From positions 1 through 36,562 of IMG/VR virus record IMGVR_UViG_3300024310_000019: 36,562 nt of DNA, one strand, 5' to 3'. The first letter of the stretch is position 1. Every line of letters starts with the position of its first letter. The stretch comes from a virus (lineage: Duplodnaviria; Caudoviricetes). This document shows positions 6,509 to 16,560 of the stretch, piece after piece. The notes below the pieces were generated by a model, which saw only the letters and a program-made list of their open reading frames with translations, was not told the DNA's origin and ran no database searches. The position numbers and the translations under genes were made by a program.

Positions 6509-8410
6509 TTAGAAATATTCTACTATAATTATTCTACCATCTGCGCCATTTCCACCAGCTCCAGATGCATTTGATGACAAGTTTCCTGCTCCACCGCCAC
6601 CACCACCTGAAGGAGTTCCGCCGTTTCCACCAGTGCCCGCAACTGTCGTTGCGTCATGTCCACCGCCACCACCACCAGTACCCCCAACTAATAATCCAGT
6701 GAGGCCAGGATTACCATTGCCGGCTGTATTACCAGCATTATCTCCTGCTAATCCTCCAGCTACAATAACGGTAGTTTGATCAGGTTGGGTAATAGATGCA
6801 GCAGCTGCTCCTATTCTTGCGGTTGTGGTGGCATATCCGCTTCCTCCCCCGCCCCCCCCCGACCATCCAAACACATAGTTATTGGCAGATGTTGCAACAG
6901 CGTTAGCACCATTCCCACCGTTCGCAGATCCTTGTATAGAGAATAATGAAAAGTATAAGCTTGTACCGCCTGTAGCAGTACCATTTACACCTCCAGCACC
7001 TCCAGCACCTCCGGGAACTACTATAAGAGCTCCAACAGAGGAAGGGTTCCCTTGTGTGCCTGGATTGCCATTGGTAGTTACTGCATTTATAGCTATTCCA
7101 CCTGCCCCACCAGTTCCCACAGTAATCGTGTATGGGCTACCTGTGATCAACGATGCTTGGCTCTTAAGATAATATAAATTTCCTCCTGCGCCACCAGCCC
7201 CTCCACCAGCAGCTCCGCTTACTCCACAACGCCCGCTACCACCGCCGCCACCACCACTCCAAACATAAAATTCTACAAATTTAGTTTTAGTGTCTATTGT
7301 CCAACTTCCGTTGCTGGTAAATGAGGTTATTTTAGACGCGCTAGTTCCCTGGAATGTGGGAAGAGCTCCGGCACCATTAGAGGTAAGAACCTGTCCTGAA
7401 GTGCCTACAGAGGCAATACTTTGTACAGCACCTGTTGATGTAGTGCCACCCGTTAATACGGCGTAAGCAGTTAGAGAGGTATCGCCTGTTCCGCCTTGAG
7501 AGACTGCTACGGGACCATATGCTGTGGGGGTTGCTGTTGATGTATTTATCGTACTGCTAGATCCTGTCCATGCTATTGGCGAATAATTTAGGGCTCCAAG
7601 ACCAGTAATAGCATTTGTGTTGCTCGAGTTGACCAGGCACTCATACATATTTAAAGTCGAACCGGTGCCAACGGACACAGCGCTAGCAGAGCCACCGACA
7701 AATAGGGTGTTCCATGCTGTGCCACCACCTGAACCACCGCAAGTAAGTGCCGTGGTATTAATTGCGTTTACAGTGCACCTGTCGAACGATATAGTAGATG
7801 TACTGGAAGTTGTAATAGGTGAATTTAATGTACAATCAAAGAACTGGGCAGCATTACTAGTCAGGGTGCTAGGTGTAACTGATGATCCACCATTCGAATC
7901 GACACAGTAGAACATATTAAGACCCCCACTATCAATGGAGAACAGTTTTATTCCTGTGGTCTGCTTGATAGCCTGGCATCGATATAGGTTTATTAATTGT
8001 GCGTTGCCACTTCCTGTGTTAGTGATAATGTCGTTGTTGGACCCTATTAGGAAACACTCAATAACATTTATCCTAGTATTTGTTGACCCGGTAACTGCAA
8101 TACAGGCATTACTATTGGTCTGAACCTGCAACCCTGAGATAGAAGCAATACCAGAGTACGAACATGCAAGGCTTCCTATGATAGTAACATTAGGAGTTAC
8201 CGCATCTGCCGTATATGCTACTAGGTTGACGCCAGCTTTCATCGTAAGATTTTCGGTGTAAGTACCAGGCATAATGAATATAGTCTCACCACTAGAGGCA
8301 CTAGTAATCGCTGCGGCAATCGTTGTATGTGTGCCTAAATAGGATGTAGAATTTACGATCCATTTGGCAGGACCGAAGTTGTTTGTAGATAACTGCTGAG
8401 CCATATCCAT
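6509..8410 (-). CDS. Tail fibre/spike with beta-helix-like N-terminal part and glycine-rich C-terminal domain
   Basis: TTIAAAITSASSGETIFIMPGTYTENL beta-helix cap; GQVLTSNGAGALPTF linker; FTSNGSWT...GGGGGGG...GADGRIIIVEYF glycine-rich domain. Confidence 0.85.
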   Translation of the reverse strand: MDMAQQLSTNNFGPAKWIVNSTSYLGTHTTIAAAITSASSGETIFIMPGTYTENLTMKAGVNLVAYTADAVTPNVTIIGSLACSYSGIASISGLQVQTNSNACIAVTGSTNTRINVIECFLIGSNNDIITNTGSGNAQLINLYRCQAIKQTTGIKLFSIDSGGLNMFYCVDSNGGSSVTPSTLTSNAAQFFDCTLNSPITTSSTSTISFDRCTVNAINTTALTCGGSGGGTAWNTLFVGGSASAVSVGTGSTLNMYECLVNSSNTNAITGLGALNYSPIAWTGSSSTINTSTATPTAYGPVAVSQGGTGDTSLTAYAVLTGGTTSTGAVQSIASVGTSGQVLTSNGAGALPTFQGTSASKITSFTSNGSWTIDTKTKFVEFYVWSGGGGGGSGRCGVSGAAGGGAGGAGGNLYYLKSQASLITGSPYTITVGTGGAGGIAINAVTTNGNPGTQGNPSSVGALIVVPGGAGGAGGVNGTATGGTSLYFSLFSIQGSANGGNGANAVATSANNYVFGWSGGGGGGSGYATTTARIGAAAASITQPDQTTVIVAGGLAGDNAGNTAGNGNPGLTGLLVGGTGGGGGGHDATTVAGTGGNGGTPSGGGGGGAGNLSSNASGAGGNGADGRIIIVEYF

Positions 8411-8458
8411 CCAATTTTTATTAATGCACCAAGGTATTACCCCTGGTGCGGGTATGAT

Positions 8459-9130
8459 TTATGCTAAAGATTTAACGCATTCAATGTTGATTGAAGCTAT
8501 CGTGATAGGGAATACACTGCCAGTGATATTTGGGTTTAGAACCACAGAGCTAACGCTAGTGTTTCTAAGCTTCAACACATCATTTGCTTGGATCTCAATG
8601 ATAACGTCTCCAGTACTGTGAGCAGCATCATCATTAGGGCTTTGAGTATACCCAGAGTATATCGATCCAAGCACCACACTTCCATTTAGAAACAATCCAA
8701 AACTCCATGATGGTACTGGCTGGGGAATTGGAGGGGTGATCCTAGCCTGAAGTTGCCATGAGATATGATATATGCCGTGTTTAAGGAATTTCAATGAACC
8801 GTCAACATTGGCCATTGTTAGGTCGAAGTCTGGAGCAGATACCTGGTTTTTCTTGTCAAATAATACCATATCTGTGGCAGATGAGTAAGGAGTAATTGTT
8901 TGCTGAATAGAGGCATATACGTTGCAATATCTAGTGCATGCACCTGTCTCTGAGCAGTCACAGTCTTTACCTGGAGTTCCTTGTGGTCCTTGAGGCCCTT
9001 GCATGCCGGATGGACCTTGAGCACCCTGAGCACCAGGTACGCCTTGAATACCTTGTGGGCCTTGCATACCAGCGGGACCTTGGGGCCCTTGGATACAGCA
9101 ATGATGCCACATTTGATCTTCTCTACACAT
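8459..9130 (-). CDS. Collagen-like protein with BclA-CTD/C1q-like head
   Basis: Start revised to ATG 9130 (SD AAGGAG); GXY triplet run; C-terminal GIYHISW...LFLNG...[14 protein letters not shown]...ASINI. Confidence 0.85.
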   Translation of the reverse strand: MCREDQMWHHCCIQGPQGPAGMQGPQGIQGVPGAQGAQGPSGMQGPQGPQGTPGKDCDCSETGACTRYCNVYASIQQTITPYSSATDMVLFDKKNQVSAPDFDLTMANVDGSLKFLKHGIYHISWQLQARITPPIPQPVPSWSFGLFLNGSVVLGSIYSGYTQSPNDDAAHSTGDVIIEIQANDVLKLRNTSVSSVVLNPNITGSVFPITIASINIECVKSLA

Positions 9131-9162
9131 ACTACGCTCCTTGAAATATTCGTTCTTCACAG

Positions 9163-9981
9163 CTAAGTCACTGTGATATTCCCCACCGCATTTAAAATAG
9201 TCCAGGTAGTCGAGGCGCCTCCTACAGTGGCAAGGAGGTATACACAATCGTTTGCATTAGTAGATGCAACGCTACCAGTTATTCCTATTGTAGATGTTTG
9301 TGATCCGAAAATTATCTTTTGGTTTGCGTTTTGCGCTATTTTCCATCCTCCGCTGCCTCTACCAGCCACAACTATGACTGAAAATTGAGCGGCTGTTGCT
9401 GGAAGAGTAAGGGTTACTAGACCTGCGTTGTCTGCCAAATATCCATTTTGAATTGCCATTGATGCACTTGTTCCAGTGACATCATTCCATGTAAAACCCC
9501 CTGAAGACATGCTGACAAAACCATTTGCATCTACTGAGAATTGAGAGCTATTGAAAGCTGCTAGACCAATCTTAGTAGCATCCGTTGCTGCAATGGCTTG
9601 GGATATTTGTACTTCTACAGCTAATGTATTTGCTCCTGTCCCGTCAGTTCGAACTGGGTTTGTACCAGCAGCTACTGTAGCTCCGTTTATAGTTAGAGTG
9701 CCCGATGCCGGAACTACTGGGCTAGTACCAGTCTGCACAACAACTCTCTCTATTGCTGCAGCCCCACCAACTAAGTCTATCGTTATGTTGGGTGATGAGT
9801 AACCAATTGAAAGAGTGCCTAATGGAGATGTGAGAGTGCCTACTTTTATATTCGGAGTTGCCGTAGATCCTATTAAAAGCTGCCCGTTAGTAGTAACCTG
9901 AGGAGAGCCTGAAGTCAGCGAATTCCCGGTGAAATCCACGTTCAAGGCGTACATCACAGATCCGGTATCAAATCCTGGCAT
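9163..9981 (-). CDS. Tail fibre protein
   Basis: [30 protein letters not shown] and C-terminal [11 protein letters not shown]...[11 protein letters not shown] fibre-type motifs. Confidence 0.8.
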   Translation of the reverse strand: MPGFDTGSVMYALNVDFTGNSLTSGSPQVTTNGQLLIGSTATPNIKVGTLTSPLGTLSIGYSSPNITIDLVGGAAAIERVVVQTGTSPVVPASGTLTINGATVAAGTNPVRTDGTGANTLAVEVQISQAIAATDATKIGLAAFNSSQFSVDANGFVSMSSGGFTWNDVTGTSASMAIQNGYLADNAGLVTLTLPATAAQFSVIVVAGRGSGGWKIAQNANQKIIFGSQTSTIGITGSVASTNANDCVYLLATVGGASTTWTILNAVGNITVT

Positions 9982-9988
9982 AAAAATC

Positions 9989-10549
9989 CTACGCTGAAAA
10001 TGTATAAGTTAGGAATGCTGTCCAATGTATAACGAATCCCGCAGCACCATCAGAAACACCGAGAACATCAATAAGTATATTATTACCACTAACTGCAAGC
10101 ACAGCTGATGATGCGCTAAGAGCTCCTTCTTCGAAATGGTCTACGACCTGCGTAGGAATCAATGTTGCAGTCGCTCCGTCTGTACGGACAGCACCCACAA
10201 TCGTAAATCCACATCCCAAAGGAGATCCGACGCCAGTAATGGCGAATCCTGCTACCGTGGCATCAATTGTATATACTCCTGGAAGTAGTGCTGCTAATGG
10301 GAATGTAATTACTGTACCCGTTACCGCTCCAGTAGTAATTGTGGATCCACTAATGGAACTTGGACTTAGGGCAATAAGTATTGTATTTCCCGATCCTGTA
10401 GTGCTAATTCCCTGCGTTCCGTCGCCAGGAGTCACCACCCTGACGATATTTGCTGCAGGTACGACCGGTACACCAAAATCCGTTATAAAAGTCGTTGGGA
10501 CTGAGGGTGGTAGAGACCCTGCAACGTTTGTTATTCCAGCTTGGCTCAT
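9989..10549 (-). CDS. Fibre/appendage protein
   Basis: Beta-rich; shares the 'VP-xx-ISTTGSGNT' module with neighbouring fibre genes. Confidence 0.65.
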   Translation of the reverse strand: MSQAGITNVAGSLPPSVPTTFITDFGVPVVPAANIVRVVTPGDGTQGISTTGSGNTILIALSPSSISGSTITTGAVTGTVITFPLAALLPGVYTIDATVAGFAITGVGSPLGCGFTIVGAVRTDGATATLIPTQVVDHFEEGALSASSAVLAVSGNNILIDVLGVSDGAAGFVIHWTAFLTYTFSA

Positions 10550-10891
10550 CTACTCTCCAAACGCATAAACACATGTGATAAATACTGATCCCGATGTAGG
10601 GGCTGTATTTTGCTTTACATATACTTGGGTACCTATCTTCAATACAAACTCTGTTGCTGTTACACCATTAGTGGTTAGGTCATACAGAGCAAAGGATGTA
10701 GCAGGGATATAATCATGATCGTTAGTGCCATCGAATGAGATAAACATGTCCGCATTCGTATTATTGACAATCTTCATCAGCCTAACTATGTGACCAAAAG
10801 CTGTTCCTATCGGTAAATAACTGCCTGTGACAGATCCAAATGCTATTGATCTTAGCGTATCGAATTTGACTGACTTTGCGAATCCGGACAT
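10550..10891 (-). CDS. Hypothetical virion beta-sandwich protein
   Basis: 113 aa; IVNNTNADMFISFDG motif; position in the structural operon. Confidence 0.7.
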   Translation of the reverse strand: MSGFAKSVKFDTLRSIAFGSVTGSYLPIGTAFGHIVRLMKIVNNTNADMFISFDGTNDHDYIPATSFALYDLTTNGVTATEFVLKIGTQVYVKQNTAPTSGSVFITCVYAFGE

Positions 10892-10899
10892 GTTTTTTC

Positions 10900-11109
10900 C
10901 TATTGTTCTGCAGGTGTTGCGACTTCAGTTTCCTCAGGTTCACCACAGGTCTGTGTTTGTTTCTGAGCTTCTAATAACCTTTCAACGATAAACCCCTTCA
11001 TCTTGTAAAGTACATCATGTACTTCACCTAAAGGGCTATCAGATGGCAGGCTAAGTTGGTATACCCTGCCATTCATTACAACTTCTAGTATAGATTGCTG
11101 CTTTAGCAT
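10900..11109 (-). CDS. Hypothetical protein (possible fibre chaperone)
   Basis: 69 aa, SD GAGG, directly after the long fibre gene. Confidence 0.65.
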   Translation of the reverse strand: MLKQQSILEVVMNGRVYQLSLPSDSPLGEVHDVLYKMKGFIVERLLEAQKQTQTCGEPEETEVATPAEQ

Positions 11110-11145
11110 TTTTCCTCTTGTGGTTAGGTTACGTCGTCAAGCATA

Positions 11146-13611
11146 TTATGTGGGGCGAACTATGAAATAAGCATAGGACGACACATCGGCAGTCTGAGTT
11201 GAAGCGGGCGTGCCCAATATCACACTTGTAACCGTAAAACTTGCGCCGTTCGATATCGTGTATGTCAATTCACCTAATGTTACAGATGCATTCACGGCCG
11301 TTCTGGTCAACAAGATCACGTCTCCCGTAGCTATGTTGGTGTTTGCTATTGTCTGAGTGCCAGCGGTTAACACACCTGTGCCGATAAAGTCTGTTACTGC
11401 ACCACCATTCACGAGTAGAGTTTTGGCAACTGTGGCAATAGATAAGTGACCACCAGATACGTTGAAATTACCTGTGCCTGTTGTTGCTGTAATACCGCCT
11501 GCGGTATCAGACGCAGTCAGCTGAATTGCCGTTGCTGCTGCTTGAGATGAGGCTATATTAGTCTGCAATGCGGAATCCATGTCGATACCACCTGCAGGAG
11601 CCTCTAGATTTATAGCATCTGCTGACGCCAAACCTGTTGCCCTGACAGTGATCCCACCGACATCAGAAAGAAGACCAATAGATGAAACACCAGTACCTTG
11701 ATCGGCATGCACTTGAATAGTTTCACTGGTGCCACCGTTAGCGTGTAAACGAATAGCAAGAGCTGCATTTTCTGTCGATTCAACTAAAATCGATCCACCT
11801 ACACTTAGTAGGTTTAAATCTGCTCCAGCTCCGGTGACTGTAAAGTTAGACGTTGCTGCAGAATCTAAAGACAAGACGCCTGTTGTATCAATTGTAATGC
11901 CGCCAGTCCCTGCATCTACATCAATACCCCCATCTGCGGCAGAAGCAAATATCCTAACTGAATTGGCTGCAGCAGCTTGTGATGAGGTAATATTAATTTG
12001 AAGGGCAGCATCCAGGTCAAATCCGCCTGTAGAATCTATATTGATAGCATCTGAAACCGCTTCACCAGCGTTTAATAAGATACTTCCTGCTGTAGACTGG
12101 ATGGTTATGTCAAATGCTCCGGTAGCAGTGAAATTAGAAGCTGCTGCAGCGTCTAAACTTATTGCGCCGGTTGTATCTACAATGAATCCAGCGGTGCCAG
12201 CATCAATATCAATACCGCCACCAGCTGCAGAGGTATTAATATTTACAGAGTCAGCTGTTCCCAATCCACCTGTTAGCGTTAATCCCCCAGCTGTAGATAC
12301 TAATTCGATAGACGTTGCTGCTGTACCTTGCTGGTTTCTAACTCTTATAGTTTCGGAGGTTCCGCCATTTGTGTTCAACGATATAGCTAGGGCAGCATTC
12401 TCTGTAGAACTAAGATTGATAGAGCTACCGGTTGCGATGATATCGATATCTTCTCCAGCTGAAGCACCAGAAGCTAAAATATCAATACCGCCGGCTGTAG
12501 ATTCAATGACTATAGAATCGGCAGCGCTTTGTGTTGACCTAATATTAAACTGCAGGGCAGCGTCCATATCTATGCCGCCTGCAGCTGCTTCTAGATTGAT
12601 AGCATCATTTGAGGCCAGACCTGTAGATCTTAGAGTAATTCCACCAACATCTGACAAAAGACCGATAGATGCGACGCCAGTTCCCTGGTCAGAATGCACT
12701 TGGATTGTCTCAGATGTACCACCATTAGCATGTAGACGGATTGCTAATGCTGCGTTTTCAGTGGAACTAACAAGAACAGAGCCTAGAACAGACGCTAGGG
12801 TTAAATCTATTCCTGCTCCAGTTGTAGTAATATTAGAAGCGGCAGCAGCATCTATAGAGATGGCTCCAGTAGAGTCTACGGTGATTCCACCTGTTCCGGA
12901 ATCAATGTCAATGCCGCCAGCGACATCATCGGCTTGAATTCTAACTGCATTTACAGCAGCCTCTCCACCTGTTAAAATTAACTGCCCTGCAGCACTATCA
13001 ACAGTTAGATCTATTCCTGCACCAGTAACACCTAAACTAGATGCTGATGTAGACGTCATTGATAAAGCGCCCGTCGCACCTGTAAAAGTAACGGCTCCTG
13101 TTGCTGTTAGATCTGTAAAAGACCCAGATCCACTACCGCCTGCAACATATGTAGCTAGCTTAAGAGGCGTAACTATCCTTGTGTCATCCAATCCTGCATC
13201 TGTTTCCGCTTGTGTTGCAATCTCAGCTATACCGGATTGAGTTTCACTTGCAGGAGGAACTGCTCCAACGACGATCCCTTGAATAACTGTAGCTACATCA
13301 TTGGATAGCGGAACATAAGCGCCTGCAGGAGCATTACCATTTTGCAGTTGGCTTAGAGTAGCTAACGTAACGATACCCGGTGTAGTGGTAGTAGCTTCCG
13401 CGTCTGAACCTGTTAGCCAATTGGCGCCAGAAGTAGAGACGCCAGCTAGTTGGAATAATGTGTTCGTAGGAACGTTTAACCATACCGTGCCAAGAGGGTA
13501 TTTCTTATCGTTGGCAGTAGGATCTCGGTTAGCTTTGATTAAATTCATCGGATTAGGAGCTGTTACCCCCTCATACGCTTGTGCGCTAGGAACTGGGTTC
13601 TTGCCGGACAT
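11146..13611 (-). CDS. Long repetitive tail fibre/adhesin
   Basis: 821 aa; GIAEIATQAETDAGLDDTRIVTPLKL fibre repeat; three STENAALAIxLxxNGGTSETI repeats; many GGID units. Confidence 0.85.
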   Translation of the reverse strand: MSGKNPVPSAQAYEGVTAPNPMNLIKANRDPTANDKKYPLGTVWLNVPTNTLFQLAGVSTSGANWLTGSDAEATTTTPGIVTLATLSQLQNGNAPAGAYVPLSNDVATVIQGIVVGAVPPASETQSGIAEIATQAETDAGLDDTRIVTPLKLATYVAGGSGSGSFTDLTATGAVTFTGATGALSMTSTSASSLGVTGAGIDLTVDSAAGQLILTGGEAAVNAVRIQADDVAGGIDIDSGTGGITVDSTGAISIDAAAASNITTTGAGIDLTLASVLGSVLVSSTENAALAIRLHANGGTSETIQVHSDQGTGVASIGLLSDVGGITLRSTGLASNDAINLEAAAGGIDMDAALQFNIRSTQSAADSIVIESTAGGIDILASGASAGEDIDIIATGSSINLSSTENAALAISLNTNGGTSETIRVRNQQGTAATSIELVSTAGGLTLTGGLGTADSVNINTSAAGGGIDIDAGTAGFIVDTTGAISLDAAAASNFTATGAFDITIQSTAGSILLNAGEAVSDAINIDSTGGFDLDAALQINITSSQAAAANSVRIFASAADGGIDVDAGTGGITIDTTGVLSLDSAATSNFTVTGAGADLNLLSVGGSILVESTENAALAIRLHANGGTSETIQVHADQGTGVSSIGLLSDVGGITVRATGLASADAINLEAPAGGIDMDSALQTNIASSQAAATAIQLTASDTAGGITATTGTGNFNVSGGHLSIATVAKTLLVNGGAVTDFIGTGVLTAGTQTIANTNIATGDVILLTRTAVNASVTLGELTYTISNGASFTVTSVILGTPASTQTADVSSYAYFIVRPT

Positions 13612-13622
13612 GAAGACCTCTC

Positions 13623-13667
13623 TAAACTTTTTAGTTTATTTATATGTCAAAAAAAAATCTAAATCAA
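13623..13667 (-). promoter_or_regulatory. Promoter for the fibre operon with palindromic operator
   Basis: TTGATT(13667)-N17-TATAAA(13644) followed by IR TAAACT-N4-AGTTTA (13623-13638). Confidence 0.55.
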
Positions 13668-13673
13668 CATTAA

Positions 13674-15143
13674 TCAGACTTCTTTTTCTGCTTCCTCGCT
13701 CTTTCGTGAAGCTTTCTTACCAGGATGAGTTGCTTTACCAGCTCCGACGCCTTTTCTTTTGGGCGGCTTGGGCTCTTTTGCCTTTCGTGGCTTCGGTTTT
13801 TCTCTGAGTTCTTCCCAAAAGTCATAGCCTGTCTCAAACTTTTTCCATGTTTTATTACGATTCTCCCTAGAAAACCTAGGATCTTTTATGATCTCTTGGA
13901 TTAGAGCTGCCCCTCTAGAATCTTGTATTCCCTGCTCCCACTTACCAAAGATATTCTGGCCACTAGTAACTGGAATGCCTAATGCTTCTGCTATCTTATG
14001 GATCTTTTCTGGATCTACACCTTGATAAGTGTACAGATTTCCATTGTGATATTGCACTGCTAACTCTTGAGATTCGGGTTCATAACCAAAGAAGGCCATA
14101 ACAGCAGACCGACGTGATTCAGGTATCTCTAATAGCTTGATTACAGATTCTTTTACATTTTCAGGTACTTGCTCTATCTTATTGGCATCAACATGTCGGA
14201 TCCTGCCATCTACATTTATCCTGGCTATGCCATCTTTTACCCTTTCAATTTCTCCTACACTGCCATCTGGCAGCTGGGCCATATTTCCTATAGGACTAGA
14301 TTGAGGTTTCTCTTCTGGTAATTTTTGTTCGATAGTTTCTTTGTTGATTTCCTGTACGGGTTGCTCTTCATTAACTTCAGGAGTAATTGAAAGATAGTCG
14401 GAAACAACCTGTTCTATAGGTGCTTTTGTTTGCTCTGACAGCCATTTCTTCTGACCAGGAGTCATTATAAAATCTGCTATTCTTGCTTTATCTTCATTGG
14501 ATAGATGGTTTTGGGTTTTCAATACATTCTTGATGTTGTCCATTTGTGAGATGATATCGAAATGCTTTCTGGGATCTTCAACTTGGGATCGGGGTTCTTC
14601 GGCAGCCTGAGGTTGCATAGGTTGCATAGGTTGTTGCACAGGTTGTTGCATAGGTTGCTGATTAGGCATTTGATTTGGTTGTGGGACTTGTACCCCTTGA
14701 CCACCAGGCATTGGCTGTGGCGCAGATCCGGGTTGAGTATGGGATAAACCCAGCTTATTCATTAACCCTTGAGCAAGAGGGTTCTGTGCAATCTGTGGCA
14801 GTCCACGTAGAGCTCTAGCTGCCAACATACCTCCGCCCACTCCCAACGCAAGGGGTGCCGCTTGCTTAGATGCTGCCGTTAGCGCTTCGCCTAAATGGCC
14901 ACCTCTCTCTGCTGCTTGCTGTCCGGCTATTAGTGGATTACCTCCGGCTCTGGATGAAGTCTTGGACAATTTCTCTAGTTCTTTAGGCTTAAGCTTAGAG
15001 ATATATTTGACCATTTCTTCAGCACTATACCCAGCTTGTGAAGCTGCTTCCAACTTAGATTGAAGGTCAGGGAATCTCTGAATGAGATTTCTAATGATAT
15101 CTCGAGCTGAGTAACCAATTGCTAGGGCATTTGATAAGTTCAT
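13674..15143 (-). CDS. Putative ejection (internal virion) protein with C-terminal KTSC domain
   Basis: SAVMAFFGYEPESQELAVQYHNGNLYTYQGV matches the KTSC pattern; SH3/KOW-like segment; Q/P-rich linker; third gene in the ejection cluster. Confidence 0.7.
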   Translation of the reverse strand: MNLSNALAIGYSARDIIRNLIQRFPDLQSKLEAASQAGYSAEEMVKYISKLKPKELEKLSKTSSRAGGNPLIAGQQAAERGGHLGEALTAASKQAAPLALGVGGGMLAARALRGLPQIAQNPLAQGLMNKLGLSHTQPGSAPQPMPGGQGVQVPQPNQMPNQQPMQQPVQQPMQPMQPQAAEEPRSQVEDPRKHFDIISQMDNIKNVLKTQNHLSNEDKARIADFIMTPGQKKWLSEQTKAPIEQVVSDYLSITPEVNEEQPVQEINKETIEQKLPEEKPQSSPIGNMAQLPDGSVGEIERVKDGIARINVDGRIRHVDANKIEQVPENVKESVIKLLEIPESRRSAVMAFFGYEPESQELAVQYHNGNLYTYQGVDPEKIHKIAEALGIPVTSGQNIFGKWEQGIQDSRGAALIQEIIKDPRFSRENRNKTWKKFETGYDFWEELREKPKPRKAKEPKPPKRKGVGAGKATHPGKKASRKSEEAEKEV

Positions 15144-15144
15144 A

Positions 15145-16551
15145 TCAATATCTTGGAGTGTAAAATGGTAACGGTCTCATCACTGCTTCCCAGAATCCTA
15201 GATTTTTTATAGGCTCCCTATTTAGCAAACCTAACTGGCTTACCTGAGTTGGATCCAACATAATCTTACCAGATTCTTGTAGACGTCTAAGTATGTCTCC
15301 GAATTCTTGCCAAGTTCCACCCTTATCTGTGAACTCTTTTTGCAATAGTAGGAGCGAAGTTCCAGGAGTAAACACATTTCCTTGTTTAGCGTTTTCTGTT
15401 CCCGGCTTAATCACATCGGCAAGGTATTTCTCATAAGATTTTATCTCTTTATTTCTCATGCCTTGAGCTTTTGTGAATTCTTCTTCGAATCCAGGTTGGT
15501 CAGGAAGGGTTTTTACTCTGGCTAGCACTTCAGGCATTTTAGGTAGATCTTTAAACCCTGATTTTACTGACTCGTCCAATGGATTTATGATATCGTCAAC
15601 CTCGCCAGGACCCCATCCTGCTTCTTTTAATATCCTTATTGCATGATCTCTCTGACCAAATTTCTCCATATTTTTAGCCATTGGTCTCATGTTTTTCTTT
15701 TGTCTTTGTAGTTCTAAGTCATCGAAATTTCTTCGGTCTGCTGACTTTGTAAAATTATCTTTAGCATATTCGTATTCATTGAACTTCTTCTTCGCTGCGG
15801 CTGCTCTAGCTTTCTCATTAGACAGTTTCAATATATCTGGCTCTTCAGCGATTTTTTCAGCTACTGTTAAGTCATCTTCACTGAGAGGCCTCCCTCCGGA
15901 CTCTAATTCTTTTTTTAGAGTCGCACGAAATCTCTGTTGTGCATCAGATCTCAATGACGCAATATCTGCCTGGGTCTTGGCTGCCTGTACGTAATCAGTT
16001 AGCTCGTCTCTTGCTCTCGTATTATAATCGTCCATCATCTTTGTAATGGGCGCGGGGTCTAATCCACGCTGTGCTGCCAGTTTTTGAGCTGTTTGGATCT
16101 CTTCAGGACTATAGATTTTTGGGGCCTTACCTAATCCCAAAGCAGTTGGCTCTAAAGCTCCTTCAAAAAGGTCATTCTTAGGTTCTCCAATCCAGTCAGG
16201 TAACTTCTGTCTCTGTTCTCCTATATTAGATGTACCTTGAGGCGCTTGCATTCCAGAGCCAGGAGGCTGGACACCAGACTGTTGTTTTAGTTGCATCTGA
16301 TTCATTAACAGAGGGAAAAGCTGACCAACGTATTTTTCACTTCCTGGAATCCCAGCTGTAGATGATATTAATGCTGAGGCTAAGTCAAATGGCGTTGCAT
16401 TTGGATCATTAGAAAGACCTTTAAGATCTTTCAAGCTATTTTGAACAAGTCCTCTTTGATATTGCTGTTGGAATGCTGGGATCAATGCATTTTGAAGTCC
16501 CTGACCAAAAAACTGTGCTGCCCCGGGGGTGCGTTGTACTACTTGAACCAT
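15145..16551 (-). CDS. Putative ejection (internal virion) protein
   Basis: 468 aa, helical Q/E/K-rich, FGQGLQNAL N-terminus; position after tail genes. Confidence 0.65.
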   Translation of the reverse strand: MVQVVQRTPGAAQFFGQGLQNALIPAFQQQYQRGLVQNSLKDLKGLSNDPNATPFDLASALISSTAGIPGSEKYVGQLFPLLMNQMQLKQQSGVQPPGSGMQAPQGTSNIGEQRQKLPDWIGEPKNDLFEGALEPTALGLGKAPKIYSPEEIQTAQKLAAQRGLDPAPITKMMDDYNTRARDELTDYVQAAKTQADIASLRSDAQQRFRATLKKELESGGRPLSEDDLTVAEKIAEEPDILKLSNEKARAAAAKKKFNEYEYAKDNFTKSADRRNFDDLELQRQKKNMRPMAKNMEKFGQRDHAIRILKEAGWGPGEVDDIINPLDESVKSGFKDLPKMPEVLARVKTLPDQPGFEEEFTKAQGMRNKEIKSYEKYLADVIKPGTENAKQGNVFTPGTSLLLLQKEFTDKGGTWQEFGDILRRLQESGKIMLDPTQVSQLGLLNREPIKNLGFWEAVMRPLPFYTPRY

Positions 16552-16560
16552 GATTGTCTC

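Noticed and set aside
11146-13611. Diversity-generating retroelement TR/VR pair
   Set aside because: Repeats are in-frame protein repeats with synonymous divergence, not adenine-specific; no reverse transcriptase
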